From Octopus vulgaris (lineage: Eukaryota): DNA of 64,000 nt. The notes under the pieces are model-generated. The model ran no database searches. It was given only the letters and a program-made list of their open reading frames with translations, and had not been told where the DNA came from. Location of the stretch: assembly GCA_951406725.2 (NCBI GenBank), contig CATOCA020000001.1:1984001-2048000 (forward strand), given 5' to 3'. The position numbers and the translations under genes were made by a program. Within the stretch, counting starts at the first letter, position 1. Every line of letters starts with the position of its first letter. Below are positions 25,024 through 40,200 of this stretch, piece after piece.

Positions 25024-26150
25024 TCGGCCATGATCGGATGGTGCTTTTTACGTCCACCGGCACGGGGGCCAGACGAGGCTGGCAACGACCACAATCGGAA
25101 GGTGCATTTTATGTGCCACCGGCACGAGGCCAGTCGGGGCGGCGCTGGCAACGGCCACGTTCGGATGGTTCTCTTAGATGCCATCGGCACTGGTATCACA
25201 GCTACAATTTCCATTGATGTTGATCAATTTCGATTTTGATTTTGATTTTCACTTGACTCAACAGGCCTTCACAAGTAGGGTTTGTGTCCCAAGAAGGAAA
25301 GATATGCATAAGTGGACTGGCTACATCCCATGTAGAGGCCACGGGTTATGGTCTCACTTGTCCTGCCGGGTCTTCTCACGTACAGCATACTTCCAGGGGT
25401 CTCGGTCTCTAGTCAGTCATTTCCTCGGTGAGACCTAAAGTTCGAAGGTCGTGCTTCACCACCTTGTCCCAGGTTTTCCTGGGTCTACCTCTTACACAGG
25501 TTCCCTCAACTGCTAGGGTGTGGCACTTTTTCACACAACTATCTTCATCCATTCTCGTCACATGACCATACCAGCGCAAACGTCTCTCTTGCACACCACA
25601 TCTGATGCTTCTTAGGTCCAGCTGTTCTCTCAAGGTACTTACACTATGTCGAGTATGAACACTGACATTACACATCCATCGGAGCATACTGGCTTCATTT
25701 CTTGCGAGCTTACGCATATCCTCAGCAGTCATGGCCCATGTTTCACTGCCATGTAGCATGGCTGTTTGTACACATGCATCATACAGTCTGCCTTTTATTC
25801 TGAGCGAGAGGCCTTTTGTCACCAGCAGAGGTAAGAGCTCTCTGAACTTTGCCCAGGCTATTCTTACTCTAGCAGTTACACTTTCAACACACCCGCCCCC
25901 GCTACTGACTTGGTCACCTAGGTAACGGAAGCTATCAACTATTTCTAGTTTGTCTCCCTGGAATGTGGCAGAAGTTGGTCTCAGAGCATTTTCAGTGTTT
26001 ATTGCTCCTGAGCATCTGCCACATACAAAAACTATCTTCCTACTTAGCAGCCTTCCTTTGACATTGCTGCACTCTTATGTGTCCATAGCTTACACTTAGT
26101 GCATCTTATAGAGTTTCTACCTATGCCTTTTCTACAGATCGAGCAGGGCC
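25024..26150 (-). mobile_element. 5'-truncated RTE-clade LINE (same family as 7430-8440) with 3' UTR
   Basis: ORF 25409-25822: 'KGRLYDACVQTAMLHGSETW...RRLRWYGHVTRM...RGRPRKTW'. Confidence 0.9.
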
Positions 26151-26559
26151 GAAAGAATAATTTATCTGACACAAACAGAAAATAATTGATGGAAATATAC
26201 TTCAGCAATTTTCAGCAATTTCATGGCCTTTTTTGTGTATGTTTAAAAAGAGTTTTTTTTACCCCACCCTTTTAAGTGTATAGTACAGAAAAAGAATTTG
26301 ACTCATGGAAGCATAAAAGTTTTCACAATAAACCGATGGTGAAGATGATGATTATGATGTGCAAAACAAGTACCTGCTAAGAAAATCCATTTTTCCATTC
26401 TTTTGTGGGTCAGGCAGAGATTTTTCTGCCAGATGGCCTTCTTCTTGTGAACCCTCACTAGTTTCCAAGCAAGGTAATATTTCCCCATGTCTGCACATAT
26501 TTTCAGGTTGATGTGCATTGACATGTGTTAAGTGATATGAAGACACAAAAACACACAGG

Positions 26560-26692
26560 ACTACCTTCTTTGAGTTTCTGTCTATCAAATCCACTCAGAT
26601 GGCTTTAGATGCTGCTATTAAAGAAGACCCTTGCTCAAGGTGCTGCTCTGTGAGACTGAACTTGAAATCACATGGTTGGAAATCAAAGTTCA
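26560..26692 (-). mobile_element. Degenerate 5' fragment of the same SINE family
   Basis: 'ctgtctatcaaatccactcag...agaagacccttgctcaaggtgc...gagactgaac' aligns by eye with the SINE at 15420-15560. Confidence 0.65.
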
Positions 26693-28090
26693 AAATTTTT
26701 TCCTAATTTTCTTGGCTTTTCATAATTCATCAATGTTTATTCTTGCTTCATCTGTCACAAAAATTGTAGTTCCGGCAGTTCTCCATGTGACAACATGACC
26801 TACTAGAAATAACAGCACATTTCTCTTCAATTTCTCCTATGGGTTACAAATATTGAAGACTGTATTGGATGACATAATTATAGATATAGAATGTTAGAGA
26901 AATAGACAGGATGTTCATGGATGGAATGTCTATAATCACATGTCTGTTCAGTCAGAACTGACCTGGATCTAAACAAAAGTTATATTTCTGGAGAAAGACT
27001 AATGTTAGCGTCCACCATTCTGTAGTTTTATTTTAAAACCCTTACACAATGTGAAGGTGTCAGTGGAGTTGACAAATATCTAAGCTTCACACAAGATTCT
27101 ATGATGTAAATTTTAATAAATGAAGTTCATCGTCATCTTTCGACCTCTATACTGGAAGCGATTCGATGGTTTGAGCAGGGCTGGCAAGCTGGGGAGCTGC
27201 AGCACACTCCAGTGTGAATTTTTATGGTTCCGAGAGCTAAATGCCCTTCCTCGTGCCAACCACCTCACAGTTCACAGGTTGCTTTTATGTGGCACTGCAC
27301 AGGCAATTTTATGTGCCACCACAGAGTTGCTTTAATGTGGTGCCACTTTAACATGGCACTGCACATCTGCTTTTATGAAGAAAGGTCACCAGTGTTTTTT
27401 ACCACCAGACGGATGAGTCTGAATATTTCTGCTGTGGAGTACAGGTCTTCTTGGGTACAGCTGGGTGCCAGGCACCTTTGTCTTTATCATATCACCTGAA
27501 ACTCTCCCATATCTTCTTGGGTGTCCCACTCCCATCTACTTTGAGAGATTGGCATTTCTTTATGGAGCTGTTGGCATCCAGCTCAGTTGTAAAGGTAAAT
27601 GTTTGTTTCTGCAGTTTATCTCCATAGAATTGAATCTGTATTTTTTAAGTAGCCTCCACATTTTACACTGCTGTTTCTCTATAATTTCAGAACATCAGAT
27701 GACAGAAGAAGCATCATCAATGTCTACCATGTTTTAAAGACTAAACGAAAATATACAAAACTTGTATAACATTGTTTTTACAAATCTGTGGAAGAATTCC
27801 TGTGAAACATTTGCTCTGAAATAATATATTTAGCCAATTTCTGAACATTATTGACTGGAATGTCAAGAAGATAAGACTGTGTCATGATTAAAGTTTGATA
27901 AATTTATGAAAGGGTTGCTAAACAAAGGTCACACTGGACAGAAATACAGCAGCAGAAGTGTATGTAAGGAACAAAGTATAAAAACGAAAGCAAGGAAAAT
28001 ATATTGACTGGGATTTGAGAGGAAAAGTAAGAGAAAAGAGAGAGAAAAAAATTATAGAATAGATTTTTGCCTTAACACCTCATAAAAGAG

Positions 28091-28250
28091 ATGAGTTCAT
28101 ATGACTGAGGTATCTGTACAAATCCTTTTTTCGAAAAGGTAACCCAATGATGCACAAATATATTCATACAGGAGAGAAAGCGTACCACTGTGATATCTGT
28201 GGTAAATCATTCTCTCAAAGTACTGACTTCAAAACACACAAACATATTCA
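28091..28250 (+). pseudogene. Degenerate 5' end of a C2H2 zinc-finger gene (founder of the array)
   Basis: A distinct first finger 'SYD*GICT/KSFFRKGNPMMHKYIHTGEK' has TGA at 28106 in place of the first Cys and a 1-nt shift near 28121. It keeps both His residues and runs directly into the array. Confidence 0.7.
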
Positions 28251-31200
28251 AACAGGGAGAAAGCGTACCACTGTGATATCTGTGGTAAATCATTCTCTCA
28301 AAGTACTGACTTCAAAAACACAAACATATTCAAACACTGTAATCTGTGGTAAATCATTCCTCAAAGTCTGCTTCAAAGAACAAACATATTCAAACAGGAG
28401 AAAGCGTACCACTGTGATATCTGTGGTAAATCATTCTCTCAAAGTACTGACTTCAAAAGACACAAACATATTCAAACAGGAGAGAAAGCGTACCACTGTG
28501 ATATCTGTGGTAAATCATTCTCTCAAAGTACTGACTTCAAAAGACACAAACATATTCAAACAGGAGAGAAAGCGTACCACTGTGATATCTGTGGTAAATC
28601 ATTCTCTCAAAGTACTGACTTCAAAAGACACAAACATATTCAAACAGGAGAGAAAGCGTACCACTGTGATATCTGTGGTAAATCATTCTCTCAAAGTACT
28701 GACTTCAAAAGACACAAACATATTCAAACAGGAGAGAAAGCGTACCACTGTGATATCTGTGGTAAATCATTCTCTCAAAGTACTGACTTCAAAAGACACA
28801 AACATATTCAAACAGGAGAGAAAGCGTACCACTGTGATATCTGTGGTAAATCATTCTCTCAAAGTACTGACTTCAAAAGACACAAACATATTCAAACAGG
28901 AGAGAAAGCGTACCACTGTGATATCTGTGGTAAATCATTCTCTCAAAGTACTGACTTCAAAAGACACAAACATATTCAAACAGGAGAGAAAGCGTACCAC
29001 TGTGATATCTGTGGTAAATCATTCTCTCAAAGTACTGACTTCAAAAGACACAAACATATTCAAACAGGAGAGAAAGCGTACCACTGTGATATCTGTGGTA
29101 AATCATTCTCTCAAAGTACTGACTTCAAAAGACACAAACATATTCAAACAGGAGAGAAAGCGTACCACTGTGATATCTGTGGTAAATCATTCTCTCAAAG
29201 TACTGACTTCAAAAGACACAAACATATTCAAACAGGAGAGAAAGCGTACCACTGTGATATCTGTGGTAAATCATTCTCTCAAAGTACTGACTTCAAAAGA
29301 CACAAACATATTCAAACAGGAGAGAAAGCGTACCACTGTGATATCTGTGGTAAATCATTCTCTCAAAGTACTGACTTCAAAAGACACAAACATATTCAAA
29401 CAGGGGAGAAAGCGTACCACTGTGATATCTGTGGTAAATCATTCTCTCAAAGTACTGACTTCAAAAGACACAAACATATTCAAACAGGAGAGAAAGCGTA
29501 CCACTGTGATATCTGTGGTAAATCATTCTCTCAAAGTACTGACTTCAAAAGACACAAACATATTCAAACAGGGAGAAAGCGTACCACTGTGATATCTGTG
29601 GTAAATCATTCTCTCAAAGTAGACTTCAAAAGACACAAACATATTCAAACAGGAGAGAAAGCGTACCACTGTGATATCTGTGGTAAATCATTCTCTCAAA
29701 GTACTGACTTCAAAAGACACAAACATATTCAAACAGGAGAGAAAGCGTACCACTGTGATATCTGTGGTAAATCATTCTCTCAAAGTACTGACTTCAAAAG
29801 ACACAAACATATTCAAACAGGAGAGAAAGCGTACCACTGTGATATCTGTGGTAAATCATTCTCTCAAAGTACTGACTTCAAAAGACACAAACATATTCAA
29901 ACAGGGGAGAAAGCGTACCACTGTGATATCTGTGGTAAATCATTCTCTCAAAGTACTGACTTCAAAAGACACAAACATATTCAAACAGGAGAGAAAGCGT
30001 ACCACTGTGATATCTGTGGTAAATCATTCTCTCAAAGTACTGACTTCAAAAGACACAAACATATTCAAACAGGAGAGAAAGCGTACCACTGTGATATCTG
30101 TGGTAAATCATTCTCTCAAAGTACTGACTTCAAAAGACACAAACATATTCAAACAGGAGAGAAAGCGTACCACTGTGATATCTGTGGTAAATCATTCTCT
30201 CAAAGTACTGACTTCAAAAGACACAAACATATTCAAACAGGAGAGAAAGCGTACCACTGTGATATCTGTGGTAAATCATTCTCTCAAAGTACTGACTTCA
30301 AAAGACACAAACATATTCAAACAGGAGAGAAAGCGTACCACTGTGATATCTGTGGTAAATCATTCTCTCAAAGTACTGACTTCAAAAGACACAAACATAT
30401 TCAAACAGTGGGGAAAGCGTAACACTGTGATATCTGTGGTAAATCATTCTCTCAAAGTACTGACTTCAAAAGACACAAACATATTCAAACAGGGGAGAAA
30501 GCGTACCACTGTGATATCTGTGGTAAATCATTCTCTCAAAGTACTGACTTCAAAAGACACAAACATATTCAAACAGGAGAGAAAGCGTACCACTGTGATA
30601 TCTGTGGTAAATCATTCTCTCAAAGTACTGACTTCAAAAGACACAAACATATTCAAACAGGAGAGAAAGCGTACCACTGTGATATCTGTGGTAAATCATT
30701 CTCTCAAAGTACTGACTTCAAAAGACACAAACATATTCAAAAAGGGGAGAAAGCGTACCACTGTGATATCTGTGGTAAATCATTCTCTCAAAGTACTGAC
30801 TTCAAAAGACACAAACATATTCAAACAGGAGAGAAAGCGTACCACTGTGATATCTGTGGTAAATCATTCTCTCAAAGAACTGACTTCAAAAGACACAAAC
30901 ATATTCAAACAGGAGAGAAAGCGTACCACTGTGATATCTGTGGTAAATCATTCTCTCAAAGTACTGACTTCAAAAGACACAAACATATTGAAACAGGGAA
31001 GAAAGCGTACCACTGTGATATCTGTTCTAAATCATTCTCTCAAAGTACTGACTTCAAAAGACACAAACATATTCAAACAGGAGAGAAAGCGTACCACTGT
31101 GATATCTGTGGTAAATCATTCTCTCAAAGTACTGACTTCAAAAGACACAAACATATTCAAACAGGAGAGAAAGCGTACCACTGTGATATCTGTGGTAAAT

Positions 31201-34200
31201 CATTCTCTCAAAAGTACTGACTTCAAAAGACACAAACATATTCAAACAGCAGAGAAAGCGTACCACTGTGATATCTGTGGTAAATCATTCTCTCAAAGTA
31301 CTGACTTCAAAAGACACAAACATATTCAAACAGGAGAGAAAGCGTACCACTGTGATATCTGTGGTAAATCATTCTCTCAAAGTACTGACTTCAAAAGACA
31401 CAAACATATTCAAACAGGGGAGAAAGCGTACCACTGTGATATCTGTGGTAAATCATTTTCTCAAACTACTGACTTCAAAAGACACAAACATATTCATACA
31501 AGGGAGGATGCGTACCACTGTGATATCTGTGGTAAATCATTCTCTCAAAGTACTGACTTCAAAAGACACAAACATATTCAAACAGGAGAGAAAGCGTACC
31601 ACTGTGATATGTGTGGTAAATCATTCTCTCAAAGTACTGACTTCAAAAGACACAAACATATTCAAACAGGAGAAAGCGTACCACTGTGATATCTGTGGTA
31701 AATCATTCTCTCACTGACTTCAAAAGATATTCAAAAGGAGAAAGCGTACCACTGTGATATCTGTGGTAAATCATTCTCTCAAAGTACTGACTTCAAAAGA
31801 CACAAACATATTCAAACAGACTTCAAAGACACAAACATATTCAAACAGGGAGAAAGCGTACCACTGTGATATCTGTGGTAAATCATTCTCTCAAACTACT
31901 GACTTCAAAAGACACAAACTTATTCATACAGGGGAGAAAGCGTACCACTGTGATATCTGTGGTAAATCATTCTCTCAAAGTACTGACTTCAAAAGACACA
32001 AACATATTCAAACAGGAGAGAAAGCGTACCACTGTGATATCTGTGGTAAATCATTCTCTCAAAGTACTGACTTCAAAAGACACAAACATATTCAAACAGG
32101 AGAGAAAGCGTAACACTGTGATATCTGTGGTAAATCATTCTCTCAAAGTACTGACTTCAAAAGACACAAACATATTCAAACAGGAGAGAAAGCGTACCAC
32201 TGTGATATCTGTGGTAAATCATTCTCTCAAAGTACTGACTTCAAAAGACACAAACATATTCAAACAGGGAGAAAGCGTACCACTGTGATATCTGTGGTAA
32301 ATCATTCTCTCAAAGTACTGACTTCAAAAGACACAAACATATTCAAACAGGAGAGAAAGCGTACCACTGTGATATCTGTGGTAAATCATTCTCTCAAAGT
32401 ACTGACTTCAAAAGACACAAACATATTCAAACAGGAGAGAAAGCGTACCACTGTGATATCTGTGGTAAATCATTCTCTCAAAGTACTGACTTCAAAAGAC
32501 ACAAACATATTCAAACAGGAGAGAAAGCGTACCACTGTGATATCTGTGGTAAATCATTCTCTCAAAGTACTGACTTCAAAAGACACAAACATATTCAAAC
32601 AGGAGAGAAAGCGTACCACTGTGATATCTGTGGTAAATCATTCTCTCAAAGTACTGACTTCAAAAGACACAAACATATTCAAACAGGAGAGAAAGCGTAC
32701 CACTGTGATATCTGTGGTAAATCATTCTCTCAAAGTACTGACTTCAAAAGACACAAACATATTCAAACAGGAGAGAAAGCGTACCACTGTGATATCTGTG
32801 GTAAATCATTCTCTCAAAGTACTGACTTCAAAAGACACAAACATATTCAAACAGGAGAGAAAGCGTACCACTGTGATATCTGTGGTAAATCATTCTCTCA
32901 AAGTACTGACTTCAAAAGACACAAACATATTCAAACAGGAGAGAAAGCGTACCACTGTGATATCTGTGGTAAATCATTCTCTCAAAGTACTGACTTCAAA
33001 AGACACAAACATATTCAAACAGGGAGAAAACGTACCACTGTGATATCTGTGGTAAATCATTCTCTCAAAGTACTGACTTCAAAAGACACAAACATATTCA
33101 AACAGGAGAGAAAGCGTACCACTGTGATATCTGTGGTAAATCATTCTCTCAAAGTACTGACTTCAAAACACACAAACATATTCAAACAGGAGAGAAAGCG
33201 TACCACTGTGATATCTGTGGTAAATCATTCTCTCAAAGTACTGACTTCAAAAGACACAAACATATTCAAACAGGAGAGAAAGCGTACCACTGTGATATCT
33301 GTGGTAAATCATTCTCTCAAAGTACTGACTTCAAAAGACACAAACATATTCAAACAGGAGAGAAAGCGTACCACTGTGATATCTGTGGTAAATCATTCTC
33401 TCAAAGTACTGACTTCAAAAGACACAAACATATTCAAACAGGAGAGAAAGCGTACCACTGTGATATCTGTGGTAAATCATTCTCTCAAAGTACTGACTTC
33501 AAAAGACACAAACATATTCAAACAGGGAGAAAGCGTACCACTGTGATATCTGTGGTAAATCATTCTCTCAAAGTACTGACTTCAAAAGACACAAACATAT
33601 TCAAACAGGAGAGAAAGCGTACCACTGTGATATCTGTGGTAAATCATTCTCTCAAAGTACTGACTTCAAAAGACACAAACATATTCAAACAGGAGAGAAA
33701 GCGTACCACTGTGATATCTGTGGTAAATCATTCTCTCAAAGTACTGACTTCAAAAGACACAAACATATTCAAACAGGAGAGAAAGCGTACCACTGTGATA
33801 TCTGTGGTAAATCATTCTCTCAAAGTACTGACTTCAAAAGACACAAACATATTCAAACAGGAGAGAAAGCGTACCACTGTGATATCTGTGGTAAATCATT
33901 CTCTCAAAGTACTGACTTCAAAAGACACAAACATATTCAAACAGGAGAGAAAGCGTACCACTGTGATATCTGTGGTAAATCATTCTCTCAAAGTACTGAC
34001 TTCAAAAGACACAAACATATTCAAACAGGAGAGAAAGCGTACCACTGTGATATCTGTGGTAAATCATTCTCTCAAAGTACTGACTTCAAAAGACACAAAC
34101 ATATTCAAACAGGAGAGAAAGCGTACCACTGTGATATCTGTGGTAAATCATTCTCTCAAAGTACTGACTTCAAAAGACACAAACATATTCAAACAGGAGA

Positions 34201-37200
34201 GAAAGCGTACCACTGTGATATCTGTGGTAAATCATTCTCTCAAAGTACTGACTTCAAAAGACACAAACATATTCAAACAGGGAGAAAGCGTACCACTGTG
34301 ATATCTGTGGTAAATCATTCTCTCAAAGTACTGACTTCAAAAGACACAAACATATTCAAACAGGGGAGAAAGCGTACCACTGTGATATCTGTGGTAAATC
34401 ATTCTCTCAAAGTACTGACTTCAAAAGACACAAACATATTCAAACAGGAGAGAAAGCGTACCACTGTGATATCTGTGGTAAATCATTCTCTCAAAGTACT
34501 GACTTCAAAAGACACAAACATATTCAAACAGGAGAGAAAGCGTACCACTGTGATATCTGTGGTAAATCATTCTCTCAAAGTACTGACTTCAAAAGACACA
34601 AACATATTCAAACAGGAGAGAAAGCGTACCACTGTGATATCTGTGGTAAATCATTCTCTCAAAGTACTGACTTCAAAAGACACAAACATATTCAAACAGG
34701 GGAGAAAGCGTACCACTGTGATATCTGTGGTAAATCATTCTCTCAAAGTACTGACTTCAAAAGACACAAACATATTCAAACAGGAGAGAAAGCGTACCAC
34801 TGTGATATCTGTGGTAAATCATTCTCTCAAAGTACTGACTTCAAAAGACACAAACATATTCAAACAGGGAGAAAGCGTACCACTGTGATATCTGTGGTAA
34901 ATCATTCTCTCAAAGTACTGACTTCAAAAGACACAAACATATTCAAACAGGAGAGAAAGCGTACCACTGTGATATCTGTGGTAAATCATTCTCTCAAAGT
35001 ACTGACTTCAAAAGACACAAACATATTCAAACAGGAGAGAAAGCGTACCACTGTGATATCTGTGGTAAATCATTCTCTCAAAGTACTGACTTCAAAAGAC
35101 ACAAACATATTCAAACAGGAGAGAAAGCGTACCACTGTGATATCTGTGGTAAATCATTCTCTCAAAGTACTGACTTCAAAAGACACAAACATATTCAAAC
35201 AGGAGAGAAAGCGTACCACTGTGATATCTGTGGTAAATCATTCTCTCAAAGTACTGACTTCAAAAGACACAAACATATTCAAACAGGAGAGAAAGCGTAC
35301 CACTGTGATATCTGTGGTAAATCATTCTCTCAAAGTACTGACTTCAAAAGACACAAACATATTCAAACAGGAGAGAAAGCGTACCACTGTGATATCTGTG
35401 GTAAATCATTCTCTCAAAGTACTGACTTCAAAAGACACAAACATATTCAAACAGGAGAGAAAGCGTACCACTGTGATATCTGTGGTAAATCATTCTCTCA
35501 AAGTACTGACTTCAAAAGACACAAACATATTCAAACAGGAGAGAAAGCGTACCACTGTGATATCTGTGGTAAATCATTCTCTCAAAGTACTGACTTCAAA
35601 AGACACAAACATATTCAAACAGGAGAGAAAGCGTACCACTGTGATATCTGTGGTAAATCATTCTCTCAAAGTACTGACTTCAAAAGACACAAACATATTC
35701 AAACAGGAGAGAAAGCGTACCACTGTGATATCTGTGGTAAATCATTCTCTCAAAGTACTGACTTCAAAAAGACACAAACATATTCAAACAGGGAGAAAGC
35801 GTACCACTGTGATATCTGTGGTAAATCATTCTCTCAAAGTACTGACTTCAAAAGACACAAACATATTCAAACAGGAGAGAAAGCGTACCACTGTGATATC
35901 TGTGGTAAATCATTCTCTCAAAGTACTGACTTCAAAAGACACAAACATATTCAAACAGGAGAGAAAGCGTACCACTGTGATATCTGTGGTAAATCATTCT
36001 CTCAAAGTACTGACTTCAAAAGACACAAACATATTCAAACAGGAGAGAAAGCGTACCACTGTGATATCTGTGGTAAATCATTCTCTCAAAGTACTGACTT
36101 CAAAAGACACAAACATATTCAAACAGGAGAGAAAGCGTACCACTGTGATATCTGTGGTAAATCATTCTCTCAAAGTACTGACTTCAAAAGACACAAACAT
36201 ATTCAAACAGGGGAGAAAGCGTACCACTGTGATATCTGTGGTAAATCATTCTCTCAAAGTACTGACTTCAAAAGACACAAACATATTCAAACAGGAGAGA
36301 AAGCGTACCACTGTGATATCTGTGGTAAATCATTCTCTCAAAGTACTGACTTCAAAAGACACAAACATATTCAAACAGGAGAGAAAGCGTACCACTGTGA
36401 TATCTGTGGTAAATCATTCTCTCAAAGTACTGACTTCAAAAGACACAAACATATTCAAACAGGAGAGAAAGCGTACCACTGTGATATCTGTGGTAAATCA
36501 TTCTCTCAAAGTACTGACTTCAAAAGACACAAACATATTCAAACAGGAGAGAAAGCGTACCACTGTGATATCTGTGGTAAATCATTCTCTCAAAGTACTG
36601 ACTTCAAAAGACACAAACATATTCAAACAGGAGAGAAAGCGTACCACTGTGATATCTGTGGTAAATCATTCTCTCAAAGTACTGACTTCAAAAGACACAA
36701 ACATATTCAAACAGGAGAGAAAGCGTACCACTGTGATATCTGTGGTAAATCATTCTCTCAAAGTACTGACTTCAAAAGACACAAACATATTCAAACAGGA
36801 GAGAAAGCGTACCACTGTGATATCTGTGGTAAATCATTCTCTCAAAGTACTGACTTCAAAAGACACAAACATATTCAAACAGGGAGAAAGCGTACCACTG
36901 TGATATCTGTGGTAAATCATTCTCTCAAAGTACTGACTTCAAAAGACACAAACATATTCAAACAGGAGAGAAAGCGTACCACTGTGATATCTGTGGTAAA
37001 TCATTCTCTCAAAGTACTGACTTCAAAAGACACAAACATATTCAAACAGGAGAGAAAGCGTACCACTGTGATATCTGTGGTAAATCATTCTCTCAAAGTA
37101 CTGACTTCAAAAGACACAAACATATTCAAACAGGAGAGAAAGCGTACCACTGTGATATCTGTGGTAAATCATTCTCTCAAAGTACTGACTTCAAAAGACA

Positions 37201-40200
37201 CAAACATATTCAAACAGGAGAGAAAGCGTACCACTGTGATATCTGTGGTAAATCATTCTCTCAAAGTACTGACTTCAAAAGACACAAACATATTCAAACA
37301 GGAGAGAAAGCGTACCACTGTGATATCTGTGGTAAATCATTCTCTCAAAGTACTGACTTCAAAAGACACAAACATATTCAAACAGGAGAGAAAGCGTACC
37401 ACTGTGATATCTGTGGTAAATCATTCTCTCAAAGTACTGACTTCAAAAGACACAAACATATTCAAACAGGAGAGAAAGCGTACCACTGTGATATCTGTGG
37501 TAAATCATTCTCTCAAAGTACTGACTTCAAAAGACACAAACATATTCAAACAGGAGAGAAAGCGTACCACTGTGATATCTGTGGTAAATCATTCTCTCAA
37601 AGTACTGACTTCAAAAGACACAAACATATTCAAACAGGAGAGAAAGCGTACCACTGTGATATCTGTGGTAAATCATTCTCTCAAAGTACTGACTTCAAAA
37701 GACACAAACATATTCAAACAGGGGAGAAAGCGTACCACTGTGATATCTGTGGTAAATCATTCTCTCAAAGTACTGACTTCAAAAGACACAAACATATTCA
37801 AACAGGAGAGAAAGCGTACCACTGTGATATCTGTGGTAAATCATTCTCTCAAAGTACTGACTTCAAAAGACACAAACATATTCAAACAGGAGAGAAAGCG
37901 TACCACTGTGATATCTGTGGTAAATCATTCTCTCAAAGTACTGACTTCAAAAGACACAAACATATTCAAACAGGAGAGAAAGCGTACCACTGTGATATCT
38001 GTGGTAAATCATTCTCTCAAAGTACTGACTTCAAAAGACACAAACATATTCAAACAGGAGAGAAAGCGTACCACTGTGATATCTGTGGTAAATCATTCTC
38101 TCAAAGTACTGACTTCAAAAGACACAAACATATTCAAACAGGAGAGAAAGCGTACCACTGTGATATCTGTGGTAAATCATTCTCTCAAAGTACTGACTTC
38201 AAAAGACACAAACATATTCAAACAGGAGAGAAAGCGTACCACTGTGATATCTGTGGTAAATCATTCTCTCAAAGTACTGACTTCAAAAGACACAAACATA
38301 TTCAAACAGGAGAGAAAGCGTACCACTGTGATATCTGTGGTAAATCATTCTCTCAAAGTACTGACTTCAAAAGACACAAACATATTCAAACAGGAGAGAA
38401 AGCGTACCACTGTGATATCTGTGGTAAATCATTCTCTCAAAGTACTGACTTCAAAAGACACAAACATATTCAAACAGGAGAGAAAGCGTACCACTGTGAT
38501 ATCTGTGGTAAATCATTCTCTCAAAGTACTGACTTCAAAAGACACAAACATATTCAAACAGGAGAGAAAGCGTACCACTGTGATATCTGTGGTAAATCAT
38601 TCTCTCAAAGTACTGACTTCAAAAGACACAAACATATTCAAACAGGAGAGAAAGCGTACCACTGTGATATCTGTGGTAAATCATTCTCTCAAAGTACTGA
38701 CTTCAAAAACACAAACATATTCAAACAGGAGAGAAAGCGTACCACTGTGATATCTGTGGTAAATCATTCTCTCAAAGTACTGACTTCAAAAGACACAAAC
38801 ATATTCAAACAGGAGAGAAAGCGTACCACTGTGATATCTGTGGTAAATCATTCTCTCAAAGTACTGACTTCAAAAGACACAAACATATTCAAACAGGAGA
38901 GAAAGCGTACCACTGTGATATCTGTGGTAAATCATTCTCTCAAAGTACTGACTTCAAAAGACACAAACATATTCAAACAGGGGAGAAAGCGTACCACTGT
39001 GATATCTGTGGTAAATCATTCTCTCAAAGTACTGACTTCAAAAGACACAAACATATTCAAACAGGAGAGAAAGCGTACCACTGTGATATCTGTGGTAAAT
39101 CATTCTCTCAAAGTACTGACTTCAAAAGACACAAACATATTCAAACAGGAGAGAAAGCGTACCACTGTGATATCTGTGGTAAATCATTCTCTCAAAGTAC
39201 TGACTTCAAAAGACACAAACATATTCAAACAGGAGAGAAAGCGTACCACTGTGATATCTGTGGTAAATCATTCTCTCAAAGTACTGACTTCAAAAGACAC
39301 AAACATATTCAAACAGGAGAGAAAGCGTACCACTGTGATATCTGTGGTAAATCATTCTCTCAAAGTACTGACTTCAAAAGACACAAACATATTCAAACAG
39401 GAGAGAAAGCGTACCACTGTGATATCTGTGGTAAATCATTCTCTCAAAGTACTGACTTCAAAAGACACAAACATATTCAAACAGGAGAGAAAGCGTACCA
39501 CTGTGATATCTGTGGTAAATCATTCTCTCAAAGTACTGACTTCAAAAGACACAAACATATTCAAACAGGAGAGAAAGCGTACCACTGTGATATCTGTGGT
39601 AAATCATTCTCTCAAAGTACTGACTTCAAAAGACACAAACATATTCAAACAGGGAGAAAGCGTACCACTGTGATATCTGTGGTAAATCATTCTCTCAAAG
39701 TACTGACTTCAAAAGACACAAACATATTCAAACAGGAGAGAAAGCGTACCACTGTGATATCTGTGGTAAATCATTCTCTCAAAGTACTGACTTCAAAAGA
39801 CACAAACATATTCAAACAGGAGAGAAAGCGTACCACTGTGATATCTGTGGTAAATCATTCTCTCAAAGTACTGACTTCAAAAGACACAAACATATTCAAA
39901 CAGGAGAGAAAGCGTACCACTGTGATATCTGTGGTAAATCATTCTCTCAAAGTACTGACTTCAAAAGACACAAACATATTCAAACAGGAGAGAAAGCGTA
40001 CCACTGTGATATCTGTGGTAAATCATTCTCTCAAAGTACTGACTTCAAAAGACACAAACATATTCAAACAGGAGAGAAAGCGTACCACTGTGATATCTGT
40101 GGTAAATCATTCTCTCAAAGTACTGACTTCAAAAGACACAAACATATTCAAACAGGAGAGAAAGCGTACCACTGTGATATCTGTGGTAAATCATTCTCTC

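Noticed and set aside
24324-25214. 296-aa Pro/Leu-rich ORF and overlapping ORFs
   Set aside because: Read-through across the minisatellite and retroelement fragments.
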